Origin: Camelus ferus
Taxonomy: Eukaryota
Assembly (NCBI RefSeq): GCF_009834535.1
Contig: NC_045697.1
Location: forward strand, 17,424,001 to 17,488,000
Length of the DNA stretch: 64,000 nt
Reading direction: 5' to 3'
In this document: positions 12,270-23,990 of the stretch, piece after piece
Layout: each line of letters opens with the position of its first letter
How positions within the stretch are numbered: position 1 is the first letter of the stretch
Translations under genes and position numbers: made by a program
The notes under the pieces: model-generated
The model's input: only the letters and a program-made list of their open reading frames with translations
Told to the model about the DNA's origin: nothing
The model's database searches: none

Positions 12270-12407
12270 GGCAACAAATCCCAATTTAGCATCACTTGTG
12301 ATTATAATTAATGTGCTGTTTACTCCCTCTTCCAGATCATTAATGAAGATGTTAAATGAGACCAAAATGAAACCGTGTCCCCGTGGCACCCTGCTAGACA
12401 CCTTCCA
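12270..12407 (-). mobile_element. CR1/L3 LINE reverse-transcriptase relic
   Basis: Minus-strand translation WKVSSRVPRGHGFILVSFNIFINDLEEGVNSTLIIITSDAKLGFVA aligns without gaps to the CR1 RT motif VSSGVPQGSVLGPxLFNIFINDL...KFADDTKLG. Confidence 0.85.
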
Positions 12408-12783
12408 ACAACTTGACACCCTGCCATTTGCTGTTTCATTACCTTTTGTTTACCTCGCGAGTCCAAGCCCTAGTTTCTCAAAAAGACATAAAGCTTGATA
12501 TTTCTGCTGCTGCAGAGATGCCACTTAAAGGTGGGGGTATTAAAACTGGGCAGATTGTCAATACATCTTTTTGAGTTTGAATTAAATGTGGATTATGAAT
12601 AGAGCATTGTCAGTAAATACTTGGTTGCTCTCCCTGCTCTCAGATGCCTTTGTTTTCCCTGGACTTTCTGCAGCTGTTCTGTCTTTCCCAGAGCAGAGAA
12701 GGGAAGATGTTTACTGTCTGCAAAGATGTTGCTTGGATCAGCTTAACCCTGAACTGGAAAGTTATTCTGTTACATGTGAAGGC

Positions 12784-13234
12784 TGTGCTAGGTGGATTGC
12801 TTTCTTAGTCCCAGGTTTTCTCCTTTGCCTGTATCCATGCCCACCCATGTAACCCTGCAGAGCCCCCTCCCGCTCTGATTCTGGCCCTGTCATGTGACTT
12901 TCTTTGACAGAAAGGATTTCAGCAGACATAATGCAGACAAGAGCTTGAAAAAAATCACTTGCGTGTCTCTTCCTGAATTCTCGCACCCTTCACAACTGCC
13001 GTGAAAACAGGCCTGGGAAAGCCTGTTGGAAGATAGGATACATGGAGCAGAGCCCAGTCACCCCCGTTGTCCAGTCAGGACAACTGATGCCCTCCAGATA
13101 TGCAAAGGGGCCCAGGCCAGATCAGCAGCACCTCCCAGCTGACCAACAGATGCATGAAAAATAAGTAGATTGCTTCTGATGACTTGTGGTTATTTGTTAC
13201 ACAGTGGTAGCCATGGCAATAGATAGCTGATACA
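12784..13234 (+). mobile_element. MLT1H-like MaLR solo LTR
   Basis: Typical end ttatttgttacacag...ggcaatagatagctgataca; internal catggagcagagcccagtcacccc. Confidence 0.8.
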
Positions 13235-13924
13235 GTAGCACACATCTGGAGTCTCATGGCCTGGAAACACACAGATCTCCTAATGGTTTTCCACATTGTG
13301 TGCTCCTGACACAATCCTTTGTAAGAAAGTAGAAGAAAAAGTTTCCTAAGTTGAGATTCAGGAGTACAAAATAGATCCTAGAGCCAAGTTTCAGGATTTA
13401 AAAAGCAAAAAGCAGAGTACAACCTCCATGGGTTTTCAGCTCAAGATTGTCACAGCAAGCACTAAGCACAGGTACTGTTTGCGGGGTGCACACGAATGCT
13501 GACAAGTACAGTAACCTTTATGTGGGGAGGAGATGTGGGAGCTACGGAATTTGCCGTGTGCTAAAAAACTCCTCTTTCCGATGAAGACAGAAAGGAGAGA
13601 AATGCAGGCTGTCTCAAGAAGAACACAAGTGCACTTCCTCCCCCTCCACCCTAAACAGTGGTTTGCTGCCTCTTTTTCAAATATTTGCCTCCTGAAACTG
13701 CCCCATCACACAGCCCATGGTCGAAAAATGCTTCCTTCCTTTGTGGCAACACAGAGGGATGGACTTAGTGGGATGGACTACGCCTGGGAAAGGTCTGTTT
13801 ACACTCTTGAAGCCACATGCTTCTGAAGCACAGAGGAGGCAACCTCTAATTGCTCCCTGGGGCTTTTCTCAGCTGGTGCCCCTCGAGGCTTCCTGTTTGG
13901 GGCTGACACCCTGACATAGGACCT

Positions 13925-14065
13925 TACTGGGAACAGCAATGTAGGCATCAGCCTGTTAGAAGGGCAGCGTCTCAGGCCCTTTCCAGATCCATTGAATCCA
14001 AATCAAGATTTTCCCAAGAACCCCAGGGGATCCGTGAGCACATTAATGTGGGATAGCCCTGCACT
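13925..14065. mobile_element. MER5-type hAT MITE
   Basis: gttagaagggcagcgtctcaggccctttccagatccattgaatc...aagaaccccaggggatccgtgagcacattaa. Confidence 0.65.
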
Positions 14066-14117
14066 AGGGGATTTAGACCTTTTCTAGAGGAGTAAGTCGT
14101 TTCATTGAGGGTCAGCC

Positions 14118-14232
14118 ACCCCCTCTAGGCGGTGGGCTTCTTGAGAGCAGAATCATATCTTTTGGATCTTTGTATCCCCAGGTCCTCACACTGTGTTTGA
14201 ATAAAGTAGCAGCTCAAAACAAAATTTTTGAA
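14118..14232 (+). mobile_element. L2 3' end
   Basis: gcttcttgagagcagaatcatatc...tctttgtatccccagg. Confidence 0.65.
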
Positions 14233-15413
14233 CTGAAGTGAGTAGGTCTCCCCGGTCAGCCAGACCCCTCAAGCTTACTCCACGACCTGCAGACACACCT
14301 TTTCTCCCCATGATTCCTGAGCCTCCCGGGGTGGACACCACCTTGAGTGTCCAAATTTGCCCCAATGAAGCAAACACTGCTCGGGCTCTGGGCAACTCTG
14401 CACACTCAGAGATTTAGGTTGGAACATTGTGATGCAAAGCACAACATCAGGTGCATCTGAATAAGCAAGTTTGGGACCAGCATTCTGGTCAATGTCAATG
14501 TCAACACTGAACCGAAATCAGGGCCCTAGTGAAAAACTTGCTAGACCTTCAACAGTGGACACAGAAATAGCCCACCAGGTAGGAAGGGAGGGAGAGTGAG
14601 AAGGAGGAAGGTAAGAAACCAAGGGGAATGACAGTGGGGGAGGAGAAAGTGAGAAAAAATAGGCCAGGGCTTGTGGGACCTAAATTTTACCTTCTTATTT
14701 TCCAGTGGAACTTGGAATTTTTTTACCCCCTCTCACGGTATCATTGACATTAAATATCCAATCTCCCTGGCCCCACATCAACTTGAGTAATATACTACAG
14801 CCAAGCTTGGCTGCATCTGCTCTCTTTCCCCTTACTCAATTCAAGTTAGGAATGCTCCGACCATACATTACTGTTGGGATTTTAAAAATGATTTATTTTG
14901 CTACACAATTCAGACCTTTGAACCATACTGGATGCTGGGTGCTTTGTTGACATAGTAGTTAGGGATAAAAGGAGAGTTTGGGGGATTGCAGAATTCTGAC
15001 TTTCTATAAATCACTAATTTTATTGTAGTAAATAGAGGTCACCTCCTGGAACTTCAATAGCCTGCCTTGAAAAATGGTATGACGCTATCAAAGTCCATCA
15101 AAAGGGAAAATAGGACAAATGGAGTTGAGGGGAAAGAATATTTTCTCAGTTGCAGCCAAGGCCACAGCAAGAATATGGCCAGTACGGTCAGAGCCGCTTT
15201 TAAGAGCTGGGCCAGAAACTTCCCCTTGCTTCTTTGAGCATATTGTATATTGCTCCTGCCCCAGATGAAAAGCTAAAGATGAAGAATGGGGCAAAGTAGC
15301 TGGGGAGGGGAGGACCTTGGAAGTTCAGTCCTGCTGTGAGCTTATAAAGCTGGCCAGAACGTACTCCAAAACCTATGCCCTGACTTGGCTGAGAATAATG
15401 AAAACCATATATG

Positions 15414-16162
15414 GCAGAAGTTGCAAACACAAATACAGATTCAGGGGCCATGGAAGGCAGGAAAATGATAAACCAGACTGGGAAGGGTCTGCTCTGAATG
15501 GAGATGCTCTAGCTTGAGCTTTAGTACTCGTTTCCAACTGCCTTCTCTCTTACAGTAGAGGCAGTAGTGAAATGTTCCATTTCCCAGCCAAGCCTGCAGC
15601 ATGGTATGTCTGATACCACTCACTTCTAAGCTTTAAGATATTAGCGGAAGTCCCCGGGAAGTCTTCTTTTCTTATACGAAAGGACAAAGACTCGCTAGGA
15701 GAGATTTTGTCCTTTTTCCTTTTCTGTCCTCCACCTTCTTTTCTTATCTGAAACACAGATGCTGTGGCTGGATATGTAGCAGCCATCTTGAGATTATGAG
15801 GAGCAAACATCACACGCTGAAGATGACAGAGCAGCAAGACAGAAGGGCCCAGGGTCTTGATGGTATCGCTCAGCCAGTCCCAGCCCCGGACTTCTGACTC
15901 CTGGACATCTTGCTGCATGAGAAAAACTAACCTCTTGCTTGTTTAAACCATGGTGGTCAGATTTTCTGTTATTCACACAGTGATATACCACCCCTAGCTC
16001 TATCCTTTGTTGCCATGTAGGAATGCTGGCTTAGTGTTGCCACGTCAGATTTTTCAAGGGAAGATATAGGTCTAGATTACTTTTTTACATGTAATTTCCC
16101 TGTTGGCAGTTGGAAATGGATCCCAATAGAGATAATGAACTGAATTATTTGAAAACACACTT
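15414..16162 (+). mobile_element. MER102-like hAT element split by MLT1J
   Basis: 5' part cagaagttgcaaacacaaatac...caggggcca; 3' part ttgccacgtcagatttttcaagggaag...tttgtgacctctg after the LTR. Confidence 0.5.
15525..15998 (+). mobile_element. MLT1J-like MaLR solo LTR
   Basis: catttcccagcc; gcagccatcttgagattatgagg; gctgaagatgacagagcagcaagacagaagggcccagggtcttgatgg; cttgtttaaacca. Confidence 0.85.
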
Positions 16163-16189
16163 CTGATTTGTGACCTCTGACTTCTAGAA

Positions 16190-16390
16190 TATTTACTCTG
16201 GGCCAAGTATGATATGAAGCACTCTATATAGATTATCTCATTTAATCCTTACAACAGTGTTGAAAATAATGCTATTATTACTTCTGTTTAATAAATGAGA
16301 AAACTGAGGTGCAGAAGTTAACTTGCCCAAGGCCATAGAGCTAGGAGGGAAAGAGGCATTATTAAAACTCAGGCCTGTCTTTGGACCGGG
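16190..16390 (-). mobile_element. MIR SINE
   Basis: attatctcatttaatccttacaac...atgagaaaactgagg...aacttgcccaaggcc. Confidence 0.88.
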
Positions 16391-16406
16391 TATTGCTCAT
16401 TGCTAC

Positions 16407-16538
16407 TTTTTTTTTTTTTGGAGGAGTTTATATAATTAGGCTTACTTATTTATTTTTTAAATGGAGGTACTGGAGATTGAACCCAGGACCTCATGCATGC
16501 TAAGCATGTGCTCTACCCCTGAGCTATACCCTCCCCCC
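16407..16538 (-). mobile_element. tRNA-Ala-derived SINE (camelid vic-1 type)
   Basis: Reverse complement has head ggggagggtatagctcag...gtagagcacatgcttagcatgcatgaggtcctgggttcaatctccagtacctcc, then an AT-rich tail and poly(A). Confidence 0.9.
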
Positions 16539-16547
16539 TACTAATTA

Positions 16548-16950
16548 CTATTGAATCAACCATCTGTTGCCATCGTAATGCTGCTTAGCAAACCACCCCA
16601 CACTCATGTTGGCTTACAAGTGGCTTACAACCAGGATTTATTCTCATGCTGCCACGTCTGCAGGTTGACTGTGATTTGGGTCTCAGTGGGTGACTCTGCT
16701 TCAGGCTGTGTGTTCTGTGGCATAGGCAGGGAGTCAGGGTCAGGTTGACTCCATGAAAAGGCAGTGGCCACGCAGGAGATGCTCTTAAGAACTAAGCCAA
16801 ACGGCCTGGTGCATTTAAGGCCCCTGGTCATGTTGTGACTAGCATTCCATTCGCCAAAAAAAAGTTATGAAGCCAAGACCAAATCGATGGAGCAGAGACA
16901 TGCATTGGGCCCATGGTGGGAGGGAGAATAAGTGTTGCTGAACAATTCAG
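16548..16950 (-). mobile_element. MLT1G/H-like MaLR LTR
   Basis: atctgttgccatcgtaatgctgcttagcaaaccacccca; cattccattcgccaaaa...gttatgaagccaagaccaaa. Confidence 0.75.
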
Positions 16951-17389
16951 ACAGCGGCAGTTATGCTTGCAGTCTCAGGAAAAGCTGGCCTTCGTTATGA
17001 TGAAACAAAGACTCCTTTTATTCCCACTGCCTGTTTGCAGCAGTGGCGCAGGATGCACAGACCTGGAAAACGGGGCACAGAGCCATCCGAACTCATCTAA
17101 AATCACTTCATTTCAGAGATGTCACCACCCTCTGATGATGTTACACCCTTCAAATTGCAGTCCAGCTCCAGCTTCTGGGAGGCAACTGGCAGAAGGTGGG
17201 GAGGAGTCGGTGGGAAGATATCCCAGCTCTTTTCCAGGGAAGAGGTTTCATCTCATTCCAGTTTTGAGCCATGTAAGCTCTGCCTGGTGGTTTCCATGGT
17301 GTCTCCCGCCCTGGTTCCTGCCTTGTCTCTCTTCTTTTTCCCTTATCATCATTTGCACTTTCCCTCCTCCTTCTCCAACACTCTGGAAG

Positions 17390-17620
17390 TTTCATTCATC
17401 CAGTCACTCGATCATTTCATTGATAAGCATTTATTGACACCTCTTCTGTTGCAAGCACTGTTCATGATGTTGGAGAGACCATGAGAACAGGACTGGAATG
17501 ATCATCATTTTCGTGGAGCCCCCTTCTAGCGGGAGCAGACAGGTAATAAACAAGTAAGTGAAATGAACGAGATCACTGCAGAGGGTGAGAAGTACTCCTG
17601 AGGACAGACAGGATGGAGAG
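17390..17620 (-). mobile_element. L2 3' end
   Basis: ttcattcatccagtcactc...aagcatttattgacacctcttctgttgcaagcactg. Confidence 0.75.
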
Positions 17621-17987
17621 GGGAGCAGCGGGAGGGAAGGACAGGAGAGGAGGGAGCTCAGTGCCTGAGTAGTCTTTCACTGGAGGCTCCGCCTTCATTC
17701 AATTCGGCACAGCTTCTGCAAACACTTATGTGGTGTCTATGTCAGCAGGATCTCCTGACCCGCCAGTGTCCTTTGTGGTTCTGTGAAAAACGTGTGTGGG
17801 AGATAAGGGATGGGGTGTGTGTGGAGGGGGAACCATAGGGAAGGGCGGGAGGGAGGACGTAACAGCTCCATCCATTCCTTTTATAGGTGGTTGACGTCCC
17901 TCCCCAAACACGAGCTTTACACAGAGATGTCACTTGGGAACACCTTGTGTTCACTGGAGAGAATCCAACCTCACCAGTTCTCTAAAG

Positions 17988-18180
17988 CAGTGGTTCTCGA
18001 CAGGGAGAGGGGGCGACTTTGCCTCCACGGGACAGACACTTGGCAGTGCTGGGAGGCATTTCTGATGGTCACAGCTTGGGCAGTGTGTGCTACTGTGCAT
18101 GTGGGCAAGGATTCAGCTGAGTATCCTGTAACGCGCAGGACAGAACTGTCCACCGCGGGATGTCACCAGAGCCCAGGTGC
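17988..18180 (+). mobile_element. MER20-type hAT element
   Basis: cagtggttctc...gcgactttgcctcc...cacttggcagtgctgggaggcatttctgatggtcacagc...gcaggacag. Confidence 0.75.
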
Positions 18181-18489
18181 TCTAGAGACATGTTTGTTAG
18201 CCTCTCAGTCTTCTCTGCAGGGGCTTGGTTTAATTGCTGGATATCATTTTGTTTACCTTGAGAAGGGGTGATATACGCACATCACAAAATTCAGAAAGTG
18301 CAGGAGGGTCCCTGCTGAAAGTGCCCGTCTCCTCCAGCCTCTTAGTGCCCCTCTGTCTTCCCCACCACTAACGTCAGTTCCTTCTGCATCTCATGCGTCT
18401 CCCTCCAGATGCCTCTGGGCATATTGGAACAGACCCTGTCAGTGCCCCACTAGTGTCCTCCCTCCCCTCCCCTCGACACCCCAAAGGCC

Positions 18490-18894
18490 GCTCTCTGTGA
18501 ACCCTGAATCTTCCCTCATAGGGCTATTTGTTCTGGCCCTGGGAGCACCTTTGGCAAGTTTGAACGAGAGAGTGAACGCCGTGGAATTAGCTCGCAATCA
18601 AAGACAGACAGAAAGTTGGATAAATAGCCCAGTCTCCTGGCCGCATGGGTGAGATAACTGTGAGGTGAAGTTCACGCCCTTTTCCAGACTTCCCCAGCAG
18701 GACTGCACTCCTGGCCTTCAGCAGTAACTCTTGATAGTGCCCTTAATTGACCATCTTTCCTCTCCTGCCTATCTTCCTTACTTCCTTGCCTTACTTCTCT
18801 GCTTCCTATTGGAGTTTCTTGGGATCGCAAACACTGACATACACTTATATTCTTCTCCTGAAAGTTTGATTCTGGAGGAATGCAAATTAAGACA
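18490..18894 (+). mobile_element. LTR16-like ERVL solo LTR
   Basis: ggataaatagcccagtctcctggcc...gataactgtgaggtg; end ttctggaggaatgcaaattaagaca. Confidence 0.7.
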
Positions 18895-18897
18895 GCT

Positions 18898-19135
18898 GTA
18901 AATATATATACACATAAACATATGTAATATACATAGGTAATGTAATATATTCATATATATGTTATACATGTATTATATATTACTTATTGTGCCCATTACA
19001 TGTATGTATATATTATATTACATACATATATTACATTATATTTTGTATACAAACATATTGTGTACTATATTTATTACATACATGTACAATATGCATATAT
19101 ACACACATATATGTACATGTATATATTACATTATA
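18898..19135. repeat. Degenerate TA/TACA low-complexity tract
   Basis: Read directly; it generates the spurious Y/I/H-rich ORFs. Confidence 0.9.
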
Positions 19136-19478
19136 CATACTGAATATTTGTGTCCCTCCCCAATTTCGTTTGTTGAAATCTAATCCCCAACTTGATGTTA
19201 TTAGGAGATGGAGTCTTTGGAAGGTGATCAGGTCATGAGGGTGGAGCCCACATGAATGGGATTAGTGCCTTTATAAAAGGGACCCTAGAGGACTCTCTTG
19301 GCCTCTTCCTACCATGTGAGGAGACAAGAAGTCGGCAGGCAGGAGGAAGACTCTCACCAGCCCCTCACCCTGATTTTGGACTTCCAGCCTCCAGACCTGT
19401 GAGAACTAAATTTCTGTTGCTTATAAGCCACCCAGTCTATGGTAATGTTTGTTATAGCAGTCTGAATAGACAAGACTA
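19136..19478 (+). mobile_element. MLT1A-type MaLR solo LTR
   Basis: ggtcatgagggtggagcccacatgaatgggattagtgcctttataaaag; ggacttccagcctccagacctgtgagaactaaatttctgttgcttataagccacccagtctatgg. Confidence 0.9.
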
Positions 19479-19549
19479 TATGTATGTCTGAGTACATATG
19501 TACACATGAACACACACACACACATACACACATATGAAGATGTGTGCAT

Positions 19550-19870
19550 ATATCTACTTTTTTACATGGATGGTAGTACTCTTCATCTTGAGTTTTCACT
19601 TAATTATATGCCTTGTTAATTGTCCCTTATTACATAGAGAGCTATCTCATTCTTTTATTGGCAGCATTGTATTTCATTGTACAGATATACCATGATGTGT
19701 GGATATCTAGGTCATTTTCAATCCTCCATGTTTATAAATGTTGCTTAAGTGACTATCTTACATTTGATATAATTTCTTCCAGTGGAACTGTTGGGCCATG
19801 GGGCATGTGCATTTAAAGTTTTGATAGACATTGGCAAATTATTCTTCATAAAGCCCGTACCAATTTATAT
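19550..19870 (-). mobile_element. Ancient L1 (L1ME-like) fragment
   Basis: tatctcattcttttattggcagcattgtatttcattgtacagatataccat; agtggaactgttgggccatggggcatgtgcattt. Confidence 0.65.
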
Positions 19871-20239
19871 CTTCTCATCGGCAAGGGATCAGAGTAGGAA
19901 CTCAGTTCTGGAAAGACGGAGCCAAATGTTTCTGCTCTGGTTTGGTCACTGCTCAAAGCATTTTTCTCTCTTCTGTATGTTGGAGGCTGACATAACCGGG
20001 GAACCCCCCAGGCTGTGGAATCATAGGTGAATGAACGCATCCCAGAGGCGCATGTGCACATGTACACACAACGTCACCCCTCATACTCATCTAGTTAGTT
20101 AGAATCCTTCTTTGTTAAGCGTTTCTGAGAAAGAAAGTTCTGAACTCCATGAAAGAGAGGTTTCCAAGTCAGATTCAGTAATATATTGAGGGGATATGTG
20201 CATTTCCCATGACAGCACCCCCTTGAGATATAATAAAGA

Positions 20240-20415
20240 CAAATGTATTTGCAGCATTTACCCTTTGCCTGGCAGAGAGCCAGGTGTCTTCCCTGTGTCC
20301 CTTTATCTCTTCACAACCTATAGTGGAGATCAGTGTTCTGATCCTTGTTTTTTTTTTTTTTTTTTTTAAATGGGGATTCTGAGTCACAGAGCTGTTGATT
20401 GACCACATTATCAGT
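20240..20415 (-). mobile_element. MIR SINE (diverged)
   Basis: tcttcacaacctatag...aaatggggattctgagtcacagag. Confidence 0.55.
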
Positions 20416-20424
20416 AGAAGAAAG

Positions 20425-20612
20425 AAGTCCAGAGCATGGTCTCTGTAACCTGAACTGCCCAGGTTAAAATCTGGGCTCTCCTCTTTTTAGCTGGGTGACT
20501 GGAGGCAGGTGATCCTTCCTCTCTGGGTCTCAGTTTCTTCCTCTGTGAAATGGAGACGTTGTTGTGAGGACTAGACACATTAATAGATAGAAAATGCTCA
20601 ATAAAGTTTGGG
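20425..20612 (+). mobile_element. MIR SINE
   Basis: agctgggtgactggaggcagg...ctctctgggtctcagtttcttcctctgtgaaatgg...gttgtgagga. Confidence 0.8.
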
Positions 20613-21589
20613 TATCATCTTTTGTCTATCTGACTCTTCAAACTTTTAATCACTATATTCTACTGTATCTGAGTAGTCCAGTTCATTTTTTAAAATAAAA
20701 ATAAATTTTATATTTCTAATATTTTGAGAAAATAAATGAAAGAGATAAAGCAAAAGTTTTATTCCAGAAATTCTCCAAGTGCACTTAAAAATGTTGCTGG
20801 AACCACCCTCCCACCTAAGCAGCATGGATGGCCGAGGGAACGCGGTGGGAGCAGATTACACCACCGTGAGTGGCCGGTGGAGGCAGCAGTCAGCACCCAC
20901 TGCCATGCTTATCTGCAGAAATCCAGGCTCTCTGCCTTCTAGAATAATTTGATCCACACCATCTGGCAGCTTGAAAGGAGAAAAAGAAGAGGAGGAAGAA
21001 GAAACAGCAGCCATGTAGCATGAGTGTAATTCCCAATCTGAGTTATGCATTCTCATGTAATATCAGCCAAATTTAAACATGTCAACATCTCAACAATTGC
21101 TGATTTTTCAAGTACTGTGCGATGCATCTGGCAGGCGCTCATTGAATGCTTTTCAATGATGGTGACGTAAATGTATTTACTAAAATATAGTGTATTGAAA
21201 ACATAAGTAGTATATTGTGATGTCCCTTAGTTTGCACTTGCATAAATTGGCACTCTCTGAAATAAGTGGTTGAGATTTAAAAGAACATGATATGTTTTTA
21301 AATGTTCAAAGAATCGTTAATTATAGAGCTCACAAATCCTTTCGTTCATTTCTCTCATTTTAAGTGGAGGAAAACTTAGCCCCCAGATTAGTTTTTTTGA
21401 TAATGAGAGCAAGAGGAGGGTGGAAGCCAAGCACCCTGCACCCCCAGCAGGGAGGAAAATGGGGGAGAGAGGTGCAGGTCCGTGGAAGCTGGACCACCCA
21501 GGCTTCTGGAGCATCCTCCCTCCCTCCTCTCTTCTGTGGTGACTTCCTGGAAAGGAAGCAGGTAACCAGGTGTATCTCTGCTTCCTGAA

Positions 21590-21830
21590 CTTCTGGTTTG
21601 CTCTGAGATGCAGGTAGTGTGCCTGCGGTTTATTAGGAAGGGTTCTTGAGATTGGAACCTATAGAAGGGAAAAGCAGAGTTGAGCTGTGATGCCTCCACG
21701 GAGCCCCTGGACAATCTGTGGGATGTTTTGAAGCCAAGGTGTCCCCTCAGATTGTCCCAAGCTGAGATAAGGGGAGTGGGCCTTGATATCCTCACAGTGG
21801 CTGGCCCACAGATGTGGGTCACTGCGGGTG
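21590..21830 (-). mobile_element. LTR16-like ERVL LTR fragment
   Basis: ggtttattaggaagggttcttgagatt...gagttgagctgtgatgc...cccctcagattgtcccaagctgag. Confidence 0.6.
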
Positions 21831-21929
21831 AGCTCTCTCCCTTCTGGATGCCAACAGCACTCTCAGGGCCAAAGGAGAGCCTTTCATGCCTGACGCAGTC
21901 CTGGGCATCCCATCACAGTGCCCCATCAC

Positions 21930-21990
21930 ACCTGGACAGCGCCTGGCACAGAGTGAGCCATCACTAAATGTCTGTTGAATGGATGAATCC
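21930..21990 (+). mobile_element. L2 terminal tail
   Basis: acagcgcctggcacagagtgagccatcactaaatgtctgttgaatggatgaat. Confidence 0.75.
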
Positions 21991-23414
21991 ATCTAGAGCC
22001 TTGGGTCAGAACTGCGAGGGGCAGAATAGGTTGTCACCTTTACAATGTGATTTAGAGACAGCAAGAAGAGATCAGTTCACTCAAGGTAAAATAAAACTCC
22101 TTTCCACCTGTCTCTCTGGAATCTGGAGTTTCTCAGTCTTCTTGGACAAGGGAAGCATTCCTCGGCAAGGGCTACCTCTGTGATGTGCACTTCCAAGATC
22201 ACTCGTGGTGCTGTGTTGAATGTCACTCATCACTTTCCCTCTTCATTTTGGAAACTAGAGAATGCAGAGCTAAATTTGCACCTCATCTAGAATAATGCAT
22301 GGAATTATATTATAATTTGAGGGCTTTTAAAACTTCATTGTCTACCCCCCACCCCCAAATTTGATATCCCATTCGAATGTGTAGTTTCCCTGATTCTTGT
22401 GTTTTAGCATTTATTTGTGTCTTATGTTTTAATTCATGTGTTTCTGAGAGCCTCTCTAATCTATGGAACCAGGCCAAGTATGAACACACACATACTCTAA
22501 TTTTTTTTCTTCTCTCGATGCTAGTGGTTGGGACCCAGTCTCACTGACATTGACTCTGATTCTATGACATCTAGGCCAGTGGATGAGATCAGTAGGATTA
22601 TTCTGGGGTCTTTAATGGAATGCATTCCCCTTGGAATGCTCTCCTTTGGCTCAAAAAATTACAGTCATCATATTTGTAAGTGGTAGGAGGCATTCCTTAT
22701 AAGGTCTAGTTGTGTGAACTTTTATGTAATGCAACTTTATTTCCTGTGTTTAGTTTATATATTAAACACTGGTTTTAAACACACATAAAGAAGTATTTTC
22801 AGCCATAACTTAGTGATTTTACATTAAAAATGCCAACATCCAGCTCCTTTGGTGTGAATGACAATTGCTTCTTGTCCCCTGGTCTCTGCAGGGTGGGCAG
22901 TGCTGGTCTCTGTGGGGTTTACAGGTGGCCCTGGCCTCTGCCCTTGAGGAGACAGCAACAGTGACATTGTTAAAGAAAAACTGTTGTTGAAAAAGTTTGC
23001 TCCCCCATCCAGTGTTTACTCAGACAGCCAAGAAGTTGAGGTTTCCGTCCATTTACGTCTAGGAAAAACTTGCTTTCATTGTGTTTGAGTAATAAAAGCA
23101 AATCAAGAAGTTGTATGATGTTTTTGATGGGACTTTGACATGGTGTAGTTGGATGAGATTAAAACTGTAGGATGAAGAGTGAATCCTAATCTACAGCCAC
23201 TGCTATGTACTGGGCTTTTGGGAATCCACGTCTGGGATACTATGGCCTAGTGAGTGCTGAGGCTTCCATGGGGTTTTGGATCCAGATACATATGTACCAT
23301 CAGAAACTATACATTTTTCTCAGATCAGAACTAAAGTTCTCTCAGGGCCATAACCGACTACATATTTCAATGACATTTCAAGCCTCTGGAGCATGGGTCT
23401 TTAATTTTATCTTT

Positions 23415-23990
23415 TATTTGTTCATTTTTTCATCTATTCACTCAAAAAAGTATTTACTGAAACCCTACTATGACCCAGGCACATCTATTGAGATAGGTGA
23501 AGAACCGAACAAGAAAATATAATGGAGTGTGAAAAGTATTGGGATGGAGGACCTGCAGGGTAATAGAGGAGCCCAATGGTGCATCAGGGAATGTATCAGA
23601 GAAAATAGTGTCTAAGATGAATGGAGATGGAGGAATGTTCCAGGCAGAAGAACAGTGTACATGAAAGCCTGGAGAAAGGCACTTTCAAGAATCAGGTATT
23701 TGTGGAGTAAAAGAAATCCCAGTTGGCTGGAGCCCCAAGTATGAGAGAAGGAGAGTGATGGAGGGAGGTGAACTGTGGTTAGGCAAGTGCAGGGGAGGGC
23801 ATCTGGACTTTATTTTGGGGTCAATGGGGAAACCATTTTGAAGAATTTGAAGTGATATGATGACACAATCAGATTTTTGTTTTGACAGACCGGACAGGAG
23901 GTTATTGCCATCTGGACTCAGGTGGTGACAGCAGCAAAAGAAGCAGAAGCACTCCAGTGGTGCTTTGGAGGCAGAATGTCCAGCCTCGGG
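23415..23990 (-). mobile_element. L2 fragment
   Basis: aagtatttactgaaaccctactatgacccaggcac; gaatgttccaggcagaagaacagtgtacatgaaagcctggag; tctggactttattttggggtcaatggggaaacca. Confidence 0.8.

Noticed and set aside
16460..16532. tRNA-Ala(AGC) gene, also at 33951, 60471 and 61383
   Set aside because: Each has stem mismatches and a SINE tail with poly(A), and two have clear TSDs; they are SINEs, not tRNA genes.
16913..17484. 174-aa and 121-aa ORFs
   Set aside because: They begin or end in LTR or L2 sequence, have biased composition and show no homology I recognise.
18778..19238. Tyr/Ile/His-rich ORFs
   Set aside because: Artefacts of the TA-rich low-complexity tract.
21013..21024. 12-mer atgtagcatgag shared with position 57734
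   Set aside because: Repeated 12-mers are expected by chance in 64 kb.
22953..22989. Hairpin cagcaacagt...actgttgttg as a pre-miRNA
   Set aside because: Stem of about 10 bp is too short and matches no mature miRNA I recognise.
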